From an uncultured delta proteobacterium (lineage in GTDB: Bacteria; Desulfobacterota; Binatia; UBA9968): a DNA stretch of 64,000 bases. A model generated the notes under the pieces. It did no database searches, had not been told where the DNA came from, and saw only the letters and a program-made list of their open reading frames with translations. The position numbers and the translations under genes were made by a program. The stretch is from the NCBI GenBank assembly GCA_963771465.1, contig CAVYTU010000015.1, positions 96,001 through 160,000 of the forward strand, given 5' to 3'. Of this stretch, positions 29,786 through 40,680 are shown piece after piece. Each line of letters begins with the position of its first letter. Positions within the stretch are counted from its first letter, which is position 1.

Positions 29786-30759
29786 GCAAGCAGCAACTAA
29801 GAACCGTCTTTCTTGACGCCGCCACTTACGGCGACATGTCGCTAGAACTATTCACCGACAGTTGGAACTGCACAGTGCATCAAGTCACTGATCGCGCCGA
29901 AACGAGCGAACGACTCGCCGGCCACACGGTCGCCGTCACCAATAAAGTCGTTATCGACAAAGCGATTTTGAATGCTGCCCAAGCGCGCGAGTTGAAACTG
30001 ATCGCCGTCGCGGCCACCGGCACCGACATTATCGACAAAGAAGAAGCGGCCAAGCGCGGCGTCAAAGTCTGCAATGTGCCGGGCTACGCGACCCAATCGG
30101 TGGCGCAGTTCACCATGGCGCTGATTCTAGAACTCGCCACCCGCGCCGCGAAGTACGGCAACGCGGTGAAGTCAGGTGAATGGCAGAAAAGTCCCGTCTT
30201 CTCGCTCCTGACTTTTTCGAATATTGAACTCGCCGGCAAAAAGCTCGGCATCATCGGCTACGGCAACATCGGACAAGCTGTCGCTCAAATGGCGCGCGGC
30301 TTCGGCCTGGACATTCTCATCGCGGCTCGTCCGGGAAGCACAGGGTCAATTCCAAAAGATCGGTTGTCGGTCAGCGACTTGCTTCAGCAAGCAGACATCC
30401 TATCGCTCCACTGCCCGCTCACGCCGGAAACGAAAGACTTGATTAACCGAGAGACGCTGGCGTTGATGAAACCGACGGCGTTCCTAATCAACACCGCCCG
30501 CGGCGCGCTCATAGACGAAGGCGCATTGATCGACGCTTTGCGCCGCAAAAGACTCGCCGCCGCAGCCCTCGACGTGATTTCCAAAGAGCCGCCGCCGGGG
30601 GATCACCCGCTCATTCAAGCCGCAGCGGAATTGGACAATTTGCTGGTCACGCCGCACACGGCGTGGAGCGCGCGCGAAGCGCGCCAGCGGCTCTTGGTGG
30701 AAGTCAAAGCGAACATTGACGCGTTTATACGCGGCAAGCCGCGAAATCTTGTTGCATAG
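29782..30759 (+). CDS. D-2-hydroxyacid dehydrogenase (glycerate dehydrogenase HprA-like)
   Basis: VAATGTD, GIIGYGNIG, LHCPLT, INTARG, VTPHTAW. Confidence 0.88.
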   Translation: MSKQQLRTVFLDAATYGDMSLELFTDSWNCTVHQVTDRAETSERLAGHTVAVTNKVVIDKAILNAAQARELKLIAVAATGTDIIDKEEAAKRGVKVCNVPGYATQSVAQFTMALILELATRAAKYGNAVKSGEWQKSPVFSLLTFSNIELAGKKLGIIGYGNIGQAVAQMARGFGLDILIAARPGSTGSIPKDRLSVSDLLQQADILSLHCPLTPETKDLINRETLALMKPTAFLINTARGALIDEGALIDALRRKRLAAAALDVISKEPPPGDHPLIQAAAELDNLLVTPHTAWSAREARQRLLVEVKANIDAFIRGKPRNLVA

Positions 30760-30791
30760 AACTAAGTACCAACCGCAGATCGACTAAAAGT

Positions 30792-30823
30792 GAGCGCCGC
30801 GGCCGGCTCCGGCCGCGGCGCTC
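30792..30823. terminator. Perfect GC-rich hairpin between convergent genes
   Basis: GAGCGCCGCGGCCGG-CT-CCGGCCGCGGCGCTC; no U-tract. Confidence 0.55.
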
Positions 30824-30830
30824 GCCGAGA

Positions 30831-31994
30831 TTAAATCACCTCGTCAACATCCAACCCCAGCGCGATCCGGCCCGCGTAGGTTTGTTGCGCGCCATCGCGC
30901 AGCGGATGATAGCGCGCGGCCTGCGCGTCGCGGAACAGCCTTTCCAACTCGACCGAACGGTAGAACGCGCTGCCGCCCGCGGCTTCCATCGCCAGCTCGA
31001 CGATTTTCAGCACACCGCGCGCCACTAATGCGCGGCCGATCATGACGCGATTGGTCGTTGTCAGGCCCGGATCGTTGGTCGCAGCGGCGGCAATCATCTC
31101 TTGGCGCGCCAACCGAGCCATCGTCAACTCGTTATCGATACTACCGATAAGTTCCACCGAACGATGATCCGCATTGCGCTTGCGGGTCTTCTCAACAGCG
31201 AGATCGCGCGCTGCCTCGGCGACACCGAGATAAGCGGAGTAAACTAATGGAAAGGCGATCATGGAAATGATGTGAAATAACGGGTGCCATTTGCCCTGTG
31301 GCCGCTTCCCGCCAATAGCCGCATCGGCGATGAAAACATCGGTCAGTTCGATATCGTGAGACCCGGTGCCGCGCATCCCCATCACCTTCCAGGTATCGAG
31401 CACCTTCACGCCCTCGGTTTTCATCGGCACCGCGAAATGCAACACCGACGGCCCACCCTCGGGGTCATCGTAAACCGCGCTGGTCATCAACAAGTCGCCG
31501 GCGGGCGCGCCACTCGAAAAGATTTTCCGACCGTTAATGCGATAGCCGCCCTCGACTCGTGTTGCCGTACCCGAGCCCTGCAGCCAGTCGGAACCGCCAC
31601 TGCTCAAAAGCACGATATTTTCAGCAGCGACTCGCTTCAACAAGCCGTCCACCGGCGCTTTCTGATGACGCCAGCGCCACGCGTTGGTCGCCACCTGGTG
31701 GGTGTGCATGGAAAAGGCCAAACCCGTCGAACCACAATGATAAGCGATGCGGCGCAACATCTCGCACAGCTCGGCATGGCTGGCGCCGAGCCCGCCTAAT
31801 TCTTCCGGCACACCGGCCGCTATCAGCCCTTGAGCTTTGAGTTCAGCGTAGTTTTCCAGAACAAAGCGATCTTGCTCATCGGCCGCCGCGGCCCGTTCGG
31901 CAAACCGCGGCTCCAGTTCGCTCAGCACGGTGGCAATCTTTTCGGGCGCTTTCATTTTGCTTCCCTCAGGTAATTTTATTGCTGATACAGACAT
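30831..31994 (-). CDS. Acyl-CoA dehydrogenase-superfamily flavoprotein (possible DszC/HsaA-type monooxygenase)
   Basis: VPEELGGLG, GYRINGRKIFSSG, WKVMGMRGTGSH, GGSAF...LERLFRD; GGGAG RBS. Confidence 0.82.
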   Translation of the reverse strand: MSVSAIKLPEGSKMKAPEKIATVLSELEPRFAERAAAADEQDRFVLENYAELKAQGLIAAGVPEELGGLGASHAELCEMLRRIAYHCGSTGLAFSMHTHQVATNAWRWRHQKAPVDGLLKRVAAENIVLLSSGGSDWLQGSGTATRVEGGYRINGRKIFSSGAPAGDLLMTSAVYDDPEGGPSVLHFAVPMKTEGVKVLDTWKVMGMRGTGSHDIELTDVFIADAAIGGKRPQGKWHPLFHIISMIAFPLVYSAYLGVAEAARDLAVEKTRKRNADHRSVELIGSIDNELTMARLARQEMIAAAATNDPGLTTTNRVMIGRALVARGVLKIVELAMEAAGGSAFYRSVELERLFRDAQAARYHPLRDGAQQTYAGRIALGLDVDEVI

Positions 31995-32059
31995 ATCAAT
32001 CTCCCGTCGAAAGGTTGCGTTAACCGCCAATTTTTATGTCACACTAATTCCGTACATGT

Positions 32060-32971
32060 CTAGCAAAACGCCGGCGCCATGGCTTCGATCTGTTTTCTCG
32101 CCTCGGGTTTGATCCCTTCCACGGTGGCAAGAAAGTTCGGATGCGTCATCCCCGTGCCCAGATACGTCCAGCGCATCCCCTTCAATACCGCGTCAGCCAT
32201 CTCCTGACGCTCACGCTTGGTCAGTTTTCTGCCGGTTGCGGTGATAAATGCCTCGACGTCGAACTCCGTCTGCTGTTTGATCCCATCGTCGATGAAGGCA
32301 CCGATCTCCGCGTATTCCTGAAACGCCAGTTCGATCTCTTGCTCCGCAGCATTGGCCGCTAACTCTTCGACGATCAGAGTATCGAGCTTGGCATGCTGCG
32401 ACTCTTCGAGCCAGTGATGCTTCAACAGGCTCTTGAACTGCGGATCGAGTTCCTGATTATCGCGCACCGCCTCGATGTAATGGCGCAGCGTGATCCATTC
32501 GATGTGAAGAATCGCAATGGCAACGCCCAACGGGCTGTGCGACAGTACGAATTTTTTCACGTCTTCTGCGGGTCCAATGAAGTCACAGCGGACGCCGAAG
32601 CCTTGTTCGAAATCGCGGCGAAATTCCTTGAACAGATGAATGTGTTTTGCTTCCTCACCGGCCAACGTCAGCAGTGCGCGAATCTTGTAATCGTCGCCCA
32701 ACAGCTGCGCTCTTGCGTGGTCGAGTGCGTAGGGCAGAATAAATTCCTCCACCAAACCGAACATGGCGAGATATTCGTGGCCACGAATCTGGTTCAAAAT
32801 GCGTTTCTCTTCGGCGGATAGAAATCCGAGGCCATTCACGTGCGCCAAAGCTTCAGGCATAAACAGCTTGGTAAAATCCAAGCGCTTGTCGGCACCGATG
32901 ATGTCCTCGATGCGCCAGTTGATACGTTCCGAAGTCTCCAGCACTCCTTGATAACTATAATTGTGACCCAT
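32060..32971 (-). CDS. Ferritin-like diiron protein (AurF-like), function unknown
   Basis: Diiron ligand pattern LVEEF...EEAKH...HIEW...EESQH; GGAG RBS. Confidence 0.7.
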   Translation of the reverse strand: MGHNYSYQGVLETSERINWRIEDIIGADKRLDFTKLFMPEALAHVNGLGFLSAEEKRILNQIRGHEYLAMFGLVEEFILPYALDHARAQLLGDDYKIRALLTLAGEEAKHIHLFKEFRRDFEQGFGVRCDFIGPAEDVKKFVLSHSPLGVAIAILHIEWITLRHYIEAVRDNQELDPQFKSLLKHHWLEESQHAKLDTLIVEELAANAAEQEIELAFQEYAEIGAFIDDGIKQQTEFDVEAFITATGRKLTKRERQEMADAVLKGMRWTYLGTGMTHPNFLATVEGIKPEARKQIEAMAPAFC

Positions 32972-33023
32972 AATCTAATCTCCTTTTTGATTTTTGGCTT
33001 AGCGCTGCTTGCAAAGGAGTTAG

Positions 33024-33039
33024 AGCGGGAAACGTGCCA
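33024..33039 (-). promoter_or_regulatory. Putative sigma54 (-24/-12) promoter
   Basis: Minus strand TGGCACGTTTCCCGCT (GG-N10-GC) about 55 bp upstream of the diiron gene, next to a sigma54 activator. Confidence 0.6.
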
Positions 33040-33106
33040 ACGCGGAGAAAGTCTGAGAAGTGTGAAGAAACCAAGAGTTAGAAGACTTAAAGCCACGCAA
33101 CGAAGT

Positions 33107-33160
33107 CACGAAATTACGTCAGCGATGAAATCTCGTGAGCCAAAGAAATGATTTTTCGTG
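33107..33160. promoter_or_regulatory. Three pseudo-palindromic candidate activator (UAS) sites
   Basis: CACGAAATTACGTC, GATGAAATCTCGTG, AATGATTTTTCGTG about 70-120 bp upstream of the -24 box. Confidence 0.5.
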
Positions 33161-33168
33161 AGCGGAAC

Positions 33169-35100
33169 TTACGACTGACGCTGGCGCTCGATGCCGAGTG
33201 CCTTCATGCGCGAGCTGAGGGTGCTGGGTTTCATGTCAAGCAGCTTGGCGGCGCCGTTATCTCCGGCGACCTTCCATTGGCTGGTTTCAAGGGCGGATAT
33301 TATATTGTTCCTTTCCATCGCTTCGAGTTCCTTGGCTGTGCGCACACGCTGAGTGTTATCGCTTCTGTCGGCGAGCACGGTGGCGATCGATCGCAAGCTT
33401 TCCGGCAGGGCGCGATCGAGGTTCAGCCGACCGTCGCGCGAGGTAATCACCGCGCGCTCGATGATGTTTTGCAGCTCGCGCACGTTGCCCGGCCAGCGAT
33501 AGGCTTCCAGCCGGCGGATGCAATCGAGAGAGAGCGCTTCCATCGATCGGCCCATGTTCTTGGCGAATTTTTGTGCAAATGCAGCAGCTAGAATACCGAT
33601 ATCGCCGTGGCGCTCGCGCAGAGGCGGCAACCGGATCGGAAACACATTCAGCCGATAGTATAAATCTTCGCGAAACTTGCCCTCGTTAACGGCCCGCTCA
33701 AGGTCACGGTTGGTGGCCGACAAAACACGCACATCGACCGTGCGAGTCTGCGAGCTGCCGACGGGTTCGAACTCGCCTTCTTGCAGCACCCGCAAGAGTT
33801 TGGTCTGCAAGTCGAGCGGCAGTTCGCCGATCTCGTCCAAGAAAATGGTGCCGCCGTTGGCCAAGGCGAATCGTCCGTCGCGCTTTTTGGTCGCGCCGGT
33901 GAACGCGCCGGCTTCGTGACCGAAGAACTCACTCTCGATAAGCGTCGCCGGAATCGCCGCGCAGTTAACTTTGATGAGAGGTCTTTGCCGCCTTTGGCTC
34001 GCATGGTGAATCGCCCGTGCGATGAGTTCTTTGCCGGTTCCGGTCTCGCCGAGAATCAGCACCGTCGCATCGGTGCCGGCCACCTCCTGAACGTCCCTAA
34101 GCACACTGTGCAAAGCTTCGCTCTGGCCAACAATTTCATCCGCGCCAAACAAAGATTTGATCTCTTCGCGCAGATACTCCGCTTCCACGGTCAACGAGTG
34201 AATTTTCTGTTCGGCCTCGAGCCGATCGTTAACGTTTCTAAAAATAACGGTGTAGAAAGGTTCGCGCTCAATGTCGAACCGAGACAGCGTTGCCTCCGCT
34301 CGAAACGGCAAATCGCTCTCGGTAGTCGCGTCCAATCCGCCGGAAATCCATAGGGAGCGTTGACCGTCAGAGCGAGAATCGAGATCGATAATCAAGCGCG
34401 CCAGCTTCTCGCGCGAGTCGGCGGACAGAAATTGGGTAAACGTTCGCCCGATGATCGCTGCCGTGCCGCGGCCCATCACCTTTTCCGCTGCGGGATTCAT
34501 CTGCGTGATCGTCAAATGCTGATCGAGCTCGATGATCGCGTCCATGGCGCTGCCGACCAAGCGGCCAAGCTTCTGTTCGCGCTCACGCACCTGCGCTTCG
34601 GCGCGCAGACGGCGCAGTTCAGCTCCCGCTCGGGCGGCGAAGATTTGAAATAGAGCTTGGGCGCGCGGCTCGGCAGGCATCGGCCGCAGGTCGAGCACCG
34701 CCAAGTGGCCGAGAACTTTTCCATCGAGATCGAGCAACGGCATGCCCATGTAGCTCGCCGCACCGATGGCCCGCACGTCCGGATTGTTGCCGTAAATATC
34801 GAGGAGATTGTCGGGGATATGGACAAGGCGACGCTCGTCGACCACCCGCTCACAGGCGGTTCCATCGACCACCATCTCCCAACCATCGAGCCATTGATCG
34901 CCCATCCGAAAGGCCAGTGCTTTTAATCGGCGTGATTCGGGAAAATACTCGGTGACCCACGCGCCATGCGTGTTTAATGCAAGGGCAAGATTTTTTACCA
35001 GGGCTTGAAAAAATTCCGTACCAGTCTGAGTCGCAGTGCCCTCAAGAATTGTTCTGAGTGCGGTATCGACATCGAAATCTTGCAGCGGTGAACGATCCAT
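33169..35100 (-). CDS. Sigma54-dependent activator, GAF-PAS-AAA-HTH (FhlA-like)
   Basis: [52 protein letters not shown]-terminal HTH. Confidence 0.93.
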   Translation of the reverse strand: MDRSPLQDFDVDTALRTILEGTATQTGTEFFQALVKNLALALNTHGAWVTEYFPESRRLKALAFRMGDQWLDGWEMVVDGTACERVVDERRLVHIPDNLLDIYGNNPDVRAIGAASYMGMPLLDLDGKVLGHLAVLDLRPMPAEPRAQALFQIFAARAGAELRRLRAEAQVREREQKLGRLVGSAMDAIIELDQHLTITQMNPAAEKVMGRGTAAIIGRTFTQFLSADSREKLARLIIDLDSRSDGQRSLWISGGLDATTESDLPFRAEATLSRFDIEREPFYTVIFRNVNDRLEAEQKIHSLTVEAEYLREEIKSLFGADEIVGQSEALHSVLRDVQEVAGTDATVLILGETGTGKELIARAIHHASQRRQRPLIKVNCAAIPATLIESEFFGHEAGAFTGATKKRDGRFALANGGTIFLDEIGELPLDLQTKLLRVLQEGEFEPVGSSQTRTVDVRVLSATNRDLERAVNEGKFREDLYYRLNVFPIRLPPLRERHGDIGILAAAFAQKFAKNMGRSMEALSLDCIRRLEAYRWPGNVRELQNIIERAVITSRDGRLNLDRALPESLRSIATVLADRSDNTQRVRTAKELEAMERNNIISALETSQWKVAGDNGAAKLLDMKPSTLSSRMKALGIERQRQS

Positions 35101-35201
35101 TGCTGAACAGGTGCAGTTACTTGAACGGACTGAGAGAACTCATCGTCGATCCAAACGCCCCTACGCGGCGGCTCGCAGGAGAGGTTTGATAAACAACGCA
35201 A

Positions 35202-35636
35202 TCAGAATGGAATATCGTCATCGCCCGGTGGCTGGCCGCCGGGCATGCCGCCCATGCTCAAATCGTCGGCGTGGCCGCCTTCGGCTTGCGGCGCCAACCG
35301 TGTGCCGCCTCCGCCGCCGAGAAATTGAACCCGCTGGGCGACGACCTCGGTGACGTAGCGTTTGTTGCCGCTTTTGTCGTCATAGGAGCGCGTGCGAATG
35401 CTGCCTTCGATGTAGACTTGACGCCCCTTGGCCAAATATTGGCCGCAGTGCTCGGCCGTCTTGCCCCACACCACGATGTTGTGCCACTCGGTGCGTTCCT
35501 GGCGTTTGCCCTCGCGATCGTTCCAGACCTCGGACGTAGCGATGGAAAAATTCGCCACGGCGCTGCCGGTGTTGGTAAAACGAACCTCGGGATCCTTGCC
35601 GAGATTACCGACTAAGATCACTTTGTTGACCGACAT
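35202..35636 (-). CDS. ssb: Single-stranded DNA-binding protein
   Basis: [15 protein letters not shown]...TEWH...C-terminal DDDIPF. Confidence 0.97.
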   Translation of the reverse strand: MSVNKVILVGNLGKDPEVRFTNTGSAVANFSIATSEVWNDREGKRQERTEWHNIVVWGKTAEHCGQYLAKGRQVYIEGSIRTRSYDDKSGNKRYVTEVVAQRVQFLGGGGGTRLAPQAEGGHADDLSMGGMPGGQPPGDDDIPF

Positions 35637-35818
35637 GAGAACCTCCGAGTGGCAATCAGCGCCACCATGGAAAAAGTTTGGTTAACTTATCCCCGGTATT
35701 TCGCGGAGTCAACCAGCGATTGCGCATTTGCCGCGCGCGTTGATTTTTTACTGACCGTACTCTAACATGACTCAGTGTTTTGCGATCTCCGGTGCCCCTC
35801 GAGTTCTGATAAATCTCG

Positions 35819-36598
35819 ATGCTCTATTTCATTCAGCTAAGTTTTTTTGCGCTGTTGACGGTTCTTCTCGCGCTTGTGACGATCGCTTGCGGCATCTTTG
35901 AAACCCATGGCAAAAAAGCCTACCGCATCAATCAATTGTGGACTTGGATAATCTTGCGTGTAGCTGGCATTAAGCTAAAAATCAACGGCTTGGAGAACAT
36001 CGATCCGCAGCGCCAATATGTTTTCGTCGTCAATCATCAAAGCAACATCGATATCCCGGTACTGGTTCAGTCGCTGCCCAAGTTTCAACTGCGTTGGATC
36101 GCCAAGAAAGAGCTGCTTCATGTGCCTTTTTTTGGCTGGGCGATGTGGGCGACCAAGCATGTGACCATTGACCGTTCCGACCCTCAAGATGCGGTGAAAA
36201 GCTTGACCCGTGCCAAGGCGCGGCTCGGCGTGGGAATTTCTCTGGTGATTTACCCGGAAGGCACGCGCAGCCGTGACGGCCGTTTGCAGCGCTTTAAGAA
36301 GGGCGGCTTTTTGCTCGCCGTGCAGGCCAACACGCCGATCGTTCCCATTACCGTTAGCGGCAGCGCTCGAGTTTTACCCATCGGCGCTTGGCGCTTGCGG
36401 CCCGGAACCATCGACGTCACCATCGACAAACCGGTGTCGGTCGAAGGCTTTCGACCAGGAAATCTCCGCCTGCTGGTCAATCAAGTTCATACCACCATCG
36501 ATTCGCGGCTGCGCGCGCCTGAGCGCCGCAGCGCGCACGAGGAGATAATGGAAAACAGCGTGATCGGCCACAAGCCGATCGAGAAACCGAGCGTGTAA
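35819..36598 (+). CDS. plsC: 1-acyl-sn-glycerol-3-phosphate acyltransferase
   Basis: NHQSNID (HX4D), AKKEL, YPEGTRS. Confidence 0.88.
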   Translation: MLYFIQLSFFALLTVLLALVTIACGIFETHGKKAYRINQLWTWIILRVAGIKLKINGLENIDPQRQYVFVVNHQSNIDIPVLVQSLPKFQLRWIAKKELLHVPFFGWAMWATKHVTIDRSDPQDAVKSLTRAKARLGVGISLVIYPEGTRSRDGRLQRFKKGGFLLAVQANTPIVPITVSGSARVLPIGAWRLRPGTIDVTIDKPVSVEGFRPGNLRLLVNQVHTTIDSRLRAPERRSAHEEIMENSVIGHKPIEKPSV

Positions 36599-36599
36599 T

Positions 36600-38255
36600 A
36601 TGGCACCCCTAAAAATCATTCCTCTCGGTGGTCTCGGCGAGTTCGGCCTCAATATGATGCTCATCGAGTACGGCGATGCGGCCATCGCCGTCGATTGCGG
36701 CCTGATGTTTCCCGACGCCAATCTGCTCGGCATCGACCTGGTGATCCCCGACGTGAGCTATCTGCTCGAAGACAGCGACAAGCTCAAAGCGATCGTACTG
36801 ACCCATGCCCATGAAGATCATGTCGGCGCGCTGCCGTATATTCTCAAGCACATCGATGTGCCGATCTACGGCACGCGGCTGACTCTTGGCCTGCTCGCCA
36901 ATAAGCTCAAGGAGCACGATCTTGAAGACAGCGCCGACGTGCATGAAATCACCGCCGGCGAGCCCTGGGACATCGCGCCGTTTCGCGTCGAAGGCATTCG
37001 GGTCACCCATAGTTTAATGGATTGCGTGGCGCTCGCCATCGAGACGCCGGTGGGGACGATCATCCACACGGGAGATTTCAAGATCGACAACACGCCCATG
37101 GAAGGCGAAATGTTCGACTTCCAACGCTTCGCCGCCTACGGCGAAAAGGGCGTGCTATTGTTAATGTCGGACTCGACCAACGTCGAGCGCAGCGGCCACA
37201 CGCCGTCGGAACGTGAAGTCGGCACAACCTTGGAACAGATCATCGAGCACAGCACTGGCAAAGTGCTGGTATCGACTTTCTCATCGAGCATCCCGCGCAT
37301 CCAACAAGTCATCGATATCTCCGAACGCTGCGGCCGCCGCTTGGTCTTAAGCGGGCGGAGCATGATTCGCAACAGCCAAGTCGCCGCCGACCTGGGCTAT
37401 CTGCATTTGCCGCGCAGTTTCATGACCGAGAGCGAGCGCTGGCATGATCTGCCGGCGGACCAACTAACATTTCTCACCACCGGCAGCCAAGGCGAGCCGC
37501 TTTCGGCGCTCCACCGCATCGCCTTGAACGATCACAAATCGATCAAGGTCGAGCCCGGAGATACGGTGATTCTTTCGTCGAAATTCATCCCCGGCAACGA
37601 AAAAACGATTTCCAATCTGATCAATCATCTCTACCGGCGCGGCGCCGAGGTGCACTATGAGAAAGTTTCTGAAATCCATGTTTCAGGCCACGCCAGCCAG
37701 GAAGAGCTAAAAACCATGCTGCAGCTGACCCGGCCGCGTTATTTCGTGCCGATCCACGGCGAGTATCGCCACCTGGTGCGCCATCGCCGCTTGGCCCAAG
37801 ACGTCGGCCTGCCTGAAGAAAATTGTTTCATTCTTGAGGACGGCGATGTCTTGGAACTGACCGCCAACAGTGCGCAGAAAACCCAACCGATCCGAGTGGG
37901 CCGTGTCTTCGTCGATGGCAAGGGCGTAGGCGATGTCGGCGACGTGGTGATCCGCGATCGGCGTCATCTGTCGGAAGACGGCATGGTACTCGTGGTCATG
38001 GCGATTCACCAGCAGTCCGGCGAGCTGGTCGCCGGGCCGGAACTGATCTCGCGCGGATTCATGCTCGCCGAGGAAAGCGAAGAGGTCTTGGAGAGCGCCA
38101 GGCACGAAGTCATCGCGACCTTGGACAGCATGAATCGGGAAACCCGCACCGATCCGGCGGAGCTCAAAGAAGAAGTGCGCAAGACCCTGCGCCGCTTCTT
38201 TCGCAAAAAACTCGAACGCCACCCGGTGGTGCTCCCGTATATTATTGAAACATAA
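36600..38255 (+). CDS. rnj: Ribonuclease J
   Basis: IPLGGLGEFG, THAHEDHVG, HTGDFK, TGSQGEP, HVSGH, PIHGEYRH. Confidence 0.95.
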   Translation: MAPLKIIPLGGLGEFGLNMMLIEYGDAAIAVDCGLMFPDANLLGIDLVIPDVSYLLEDSDKLKAIVLTHAHEDHVGALPYILKHIDVPIYGTRLTLGLLANKLKEHDLEDSADVHEITAGEPWDIAPFRVEGIRVTHSLMDCVALAIETPVGTIIHTGDFKIDNTPMEGEMFDFQRFAAYGEKGVLLLMSDSTNVERSGHTPSEREVGTTLEQIIEHSTGKVLVSTFSSSIPRIQQVIDISERCGRRLVLSGRSMIRNSQVAADLGYLHLPRSFMTESERWHDLPADQLTFLTTGSQGEPLSALHRIALNDHKSIKVEPGDTVILSSKFIPGNEKTISNLINHLYRRGAEVHYEKVSEIHVSGHASQEELKTMLQLTRPRYFVPIHGEYRHLVRHRRLAQDVGLPEENCFILEDGDVLELTANSAQKTQPIRVGRVFVDGKGVGDVGDVVIRDRRHLSEDGMVLVVMAIHQQSGELVAGPELISRGFMLAEESEEVLESARHEVIATLDSMNRETRTDPAELKEEVRKTLRRFFRKKLERHPVVLPYIIET

Positions 38256-38385
38256 ACAAAGAAATCGCTCGCATCTGGACGTCAAGTTTGGCAATTAATA
38301 TTCTTAACGTTGGCGCCATTGCGCGAGATCATCATTTCTTGAAGTGGCGTTTGAAAAGCGTAATTCTCATTGAAGGAAGTCAGCT

Positions 38386-40680
38386 ATGCCAGCAGTGAGC
38401 GAAAAAGGCCGGCTCAACCGTGAAATCTGGGGCGTGATCGTCGGTCTCACTGCCCTATTGATCGCCATCAGTCTGGTCTCGTTCAACGTCAACGACCGCT
38501 CGTTCAATACGCCGTCGGGCGAGATCAGCGCGCAAAATTGGGGCGGCTTCGTCGGCGCCTTTCTCGCCGACGTGCTGCTTCAGGGACTTGGGCTATCGTC
38601 ATACTTGCTGCCGGTGTTTCTTTGCATCGCCGCGGCGCAACTGTTTCGCGCCAGCTACCAAGGCGTGCGGATCACCAGGGCAGCCGGTTATTTGATTCTA
38701 CTCATCAGCGTCGGCGTGATTTTGAGCGTCATTATCGACAGCGAGAGCGCGCGCGATTCCGGCGGCATCGTCGGCGGCTTTTTGAAAGAAAGCGTACTGG
38801 TGCCGCTATTCGGCCCACTGAGCGCGATTCTCATCGCTTTTTTCACCTTGCTACTCTCAGTGATGCTGCTGACACAGAACTCGCTACTCGACTTGATTGG
38901 CCATACGAAGAAAAACTTTTTCGAGTTCAAGAAATCCTTACTGCCGGCATTTAACGACCGGCTGAGAGAATTCAAAGAGAAAAAAGAAAAACGCAAAGGC
39001 GAAAACACCAAAAAAGACAAAAAAGATTACATCCCGCCGCCGATCGTCATGAAGGAGGATTTCAGCGACGAATCGAAAGGCGAATCCAAAAGCGATTTCT
39101 TGTTCAAAAGACCGGTCAAAAAACCACCTCTGCCGCCGGAGCAATTCAAGCTGCCTGAGGTTGGCGAAGGCTACAAGTTGCCGCCGTTGGATTTGCTGGA
39201 CCCACCCGAGCGCGAGCAAATCAAAGTTGATAAAGACACGCTCCACGCCAACTCGCTGATCCTGCAAAAAAAGCTCGAAGACTTCGGCGTCGAAGGCGAA
39301 GTGGTCGCGGTGCGCCCTGGACCGGTTATCACGATGTACGAGTTCAAGCCGGCGCCCGGCGTTAAAGTCCGGCGTATCGTCATGCTCGCCGACGATCTCG
39401 CCATGGCGCTGCGCGCCGTCAGCGTGCGCATCCTGGCGCCGATCCCAGGCGAGGCGGTGGTCGGTATTGAAATTCCCAACCCGCGCCGCGAAACTGTCTA
39501 TCTACGAGAATTGATCGAGAGCGAGACTTATCGCGGCTCCGATTCGAAGATCACGCTGGCGCTCGGCAAAGACATCGGCGGCGCGCCCTTCGCGACCGAC
39601 CTGGGCAGGATGCCGCACCTGCTCGTTGCTGGAGCCACGGGCACCGGCAAGTCGGTGTCGATCAACGCGATGATCTTGAGCATCCTTTTTAAGTCGAGTC
39701 CGCAAGACGTCAAATTCATCATGGTCGACCCTAAAATGCTCGAGCTGACGGTTTACGAAGACATCCCGCATCAGCTCGTGCCGGTGGTCACCGACCCCAA
39801 AAAGGCGGCCGCGGCTTTGTTTTGGGCGATGGAAGAAATGGATCGGCGCTATCGTCTAATGAGAGACAAAGGCGCGCGCAATATCGACAATTACAACCGT
39901 ACTCTGGAGCGGGAGGCAGGCAATAAGAAAAGCGTGATCGATCTCACCGAAGCAGAGACCATGGAAGAGTTGCCCACCCCGGCTATCGGCGGCAATTTAT
40001 CAAAGGACGCGCCGCTGGCGCACGCCCGGCTGCCGCGCATTGTCATCATCATTGACGAATTGGCCGATCTTATGATGACCGTCGGCCGCGACATAGAAGA
40101 ATACATCACCCGATTGGCGCAAAAGGCCCGGGCGGCAGGCATTCATTTGATCCTCGCCACCCAGCGTCCGTCGGTGGATGTCATCACTGGACTGATAAAG
40201 GCCAACTTTCCGGCGCGAATTTCCTTCCAGGTCACTTCTCGGATCGATTCGCGGACGATTCTCGACTCCATGGGCGGCGAAAAGTTGCTCGGTAACGGTG
40301 ATCTGCTCTTTATGCCGCCCGGGACCGCGCGCTTGACCCGTATCCACGGCGCCTTCGTTTCCGACCAGGAAGTACGTAAGGTGATGAAGTTCATCAAGGC
40401 CCAGGGCCGGCCTAACTACCGCCCCGAAGTGCTTGAAGCGAAAAAAGAAACCGAAGCTGCCGCATTGGCGGACGAAGAATACGACGAGATGTACGATCAG
40501 GCGGTGGCGATCGTCACCGAAACCCGCCAAGCGTCGATCTCTATGGTTCAGCGCCGCTTACGTGTAGGATACAATCGCGCCGCTCGGATGATCGAGCAGA
40601 TGGAGCGCGACGGCGTGATTGGTCGGGCGGACGGCGCCAAACCAAGAGAAGTGTATGCGAGAAAACTCGATGAAGACTAA
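38386..40680 (+). CDS. ftsK: DNA translocase FtsK
   Basis: 4TM N-terminus; MPHLLVAGATGTGKS, IIDELAD, ATQRPS; gamma domain QRRLRVGYNRAAR. Confidence 0.96.
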   Translation: MPAVSEKGRLNREIWGVIVGLTALLIAISLVSFNVNDRSFNTPSGEISAQNWGGFVGAFLADVLLQGLGLSSYLLPVFLCIAAAQLFRASYQGVRITRAAGYLILLISVGVILSVIIDSESARDSGGIVGGFLKESVLVPLFGPLSAILIAFFTLLLSVMLLTQNSLLDLIGHTKKNFFEFKKSLLPAFNDRLREFKEKKEKRKGENTKKDKKDYIPPPIVMKEDFSDESKGESKSDFLFKRPVKKPPLPPEQFKLPEVGEGYKLPPLDLLDPPEREQIKVDKDTLHANSLILQKKLEDFGVEGEVVAVRPGPVITMYEFKPAPGVKVRRIVMLADDLAMALRAVSVRILAPIPGEAVVGIEIPNPRRETVYLRELIESETYRGSDSKITLALGKDIGGAPFATDLGRMPHLLVAGATGTGKSVSINAMILSILFKSSPQDVKFIMVDPKMLELTVYEDIPHQLVPVVTDPKKAAAALFWAMEEMDRRYRLMRDKGARNIDNYNRTLEREAGNKKSVIDLTEAETMEELPTPAIGGNLSKDAPLAHARLPRIVIIIDELADLMMTVGRDIEEYITRLAQKARAAGIHLILATQRPSVDVITGLIKANFPARISFQVTSRIDSRTILDSMGGEKLLGNGDLLFMPPGTARLTRIHGAFVSDQEVRKVMKFIKAQGRPNYRPEVLEAKKETEAAALADEEYDEMYDQAVAIVTETRQASISMVQRRLRVGYNRAARMIEQMERDGVIGRADGAKPREVYARKLDED

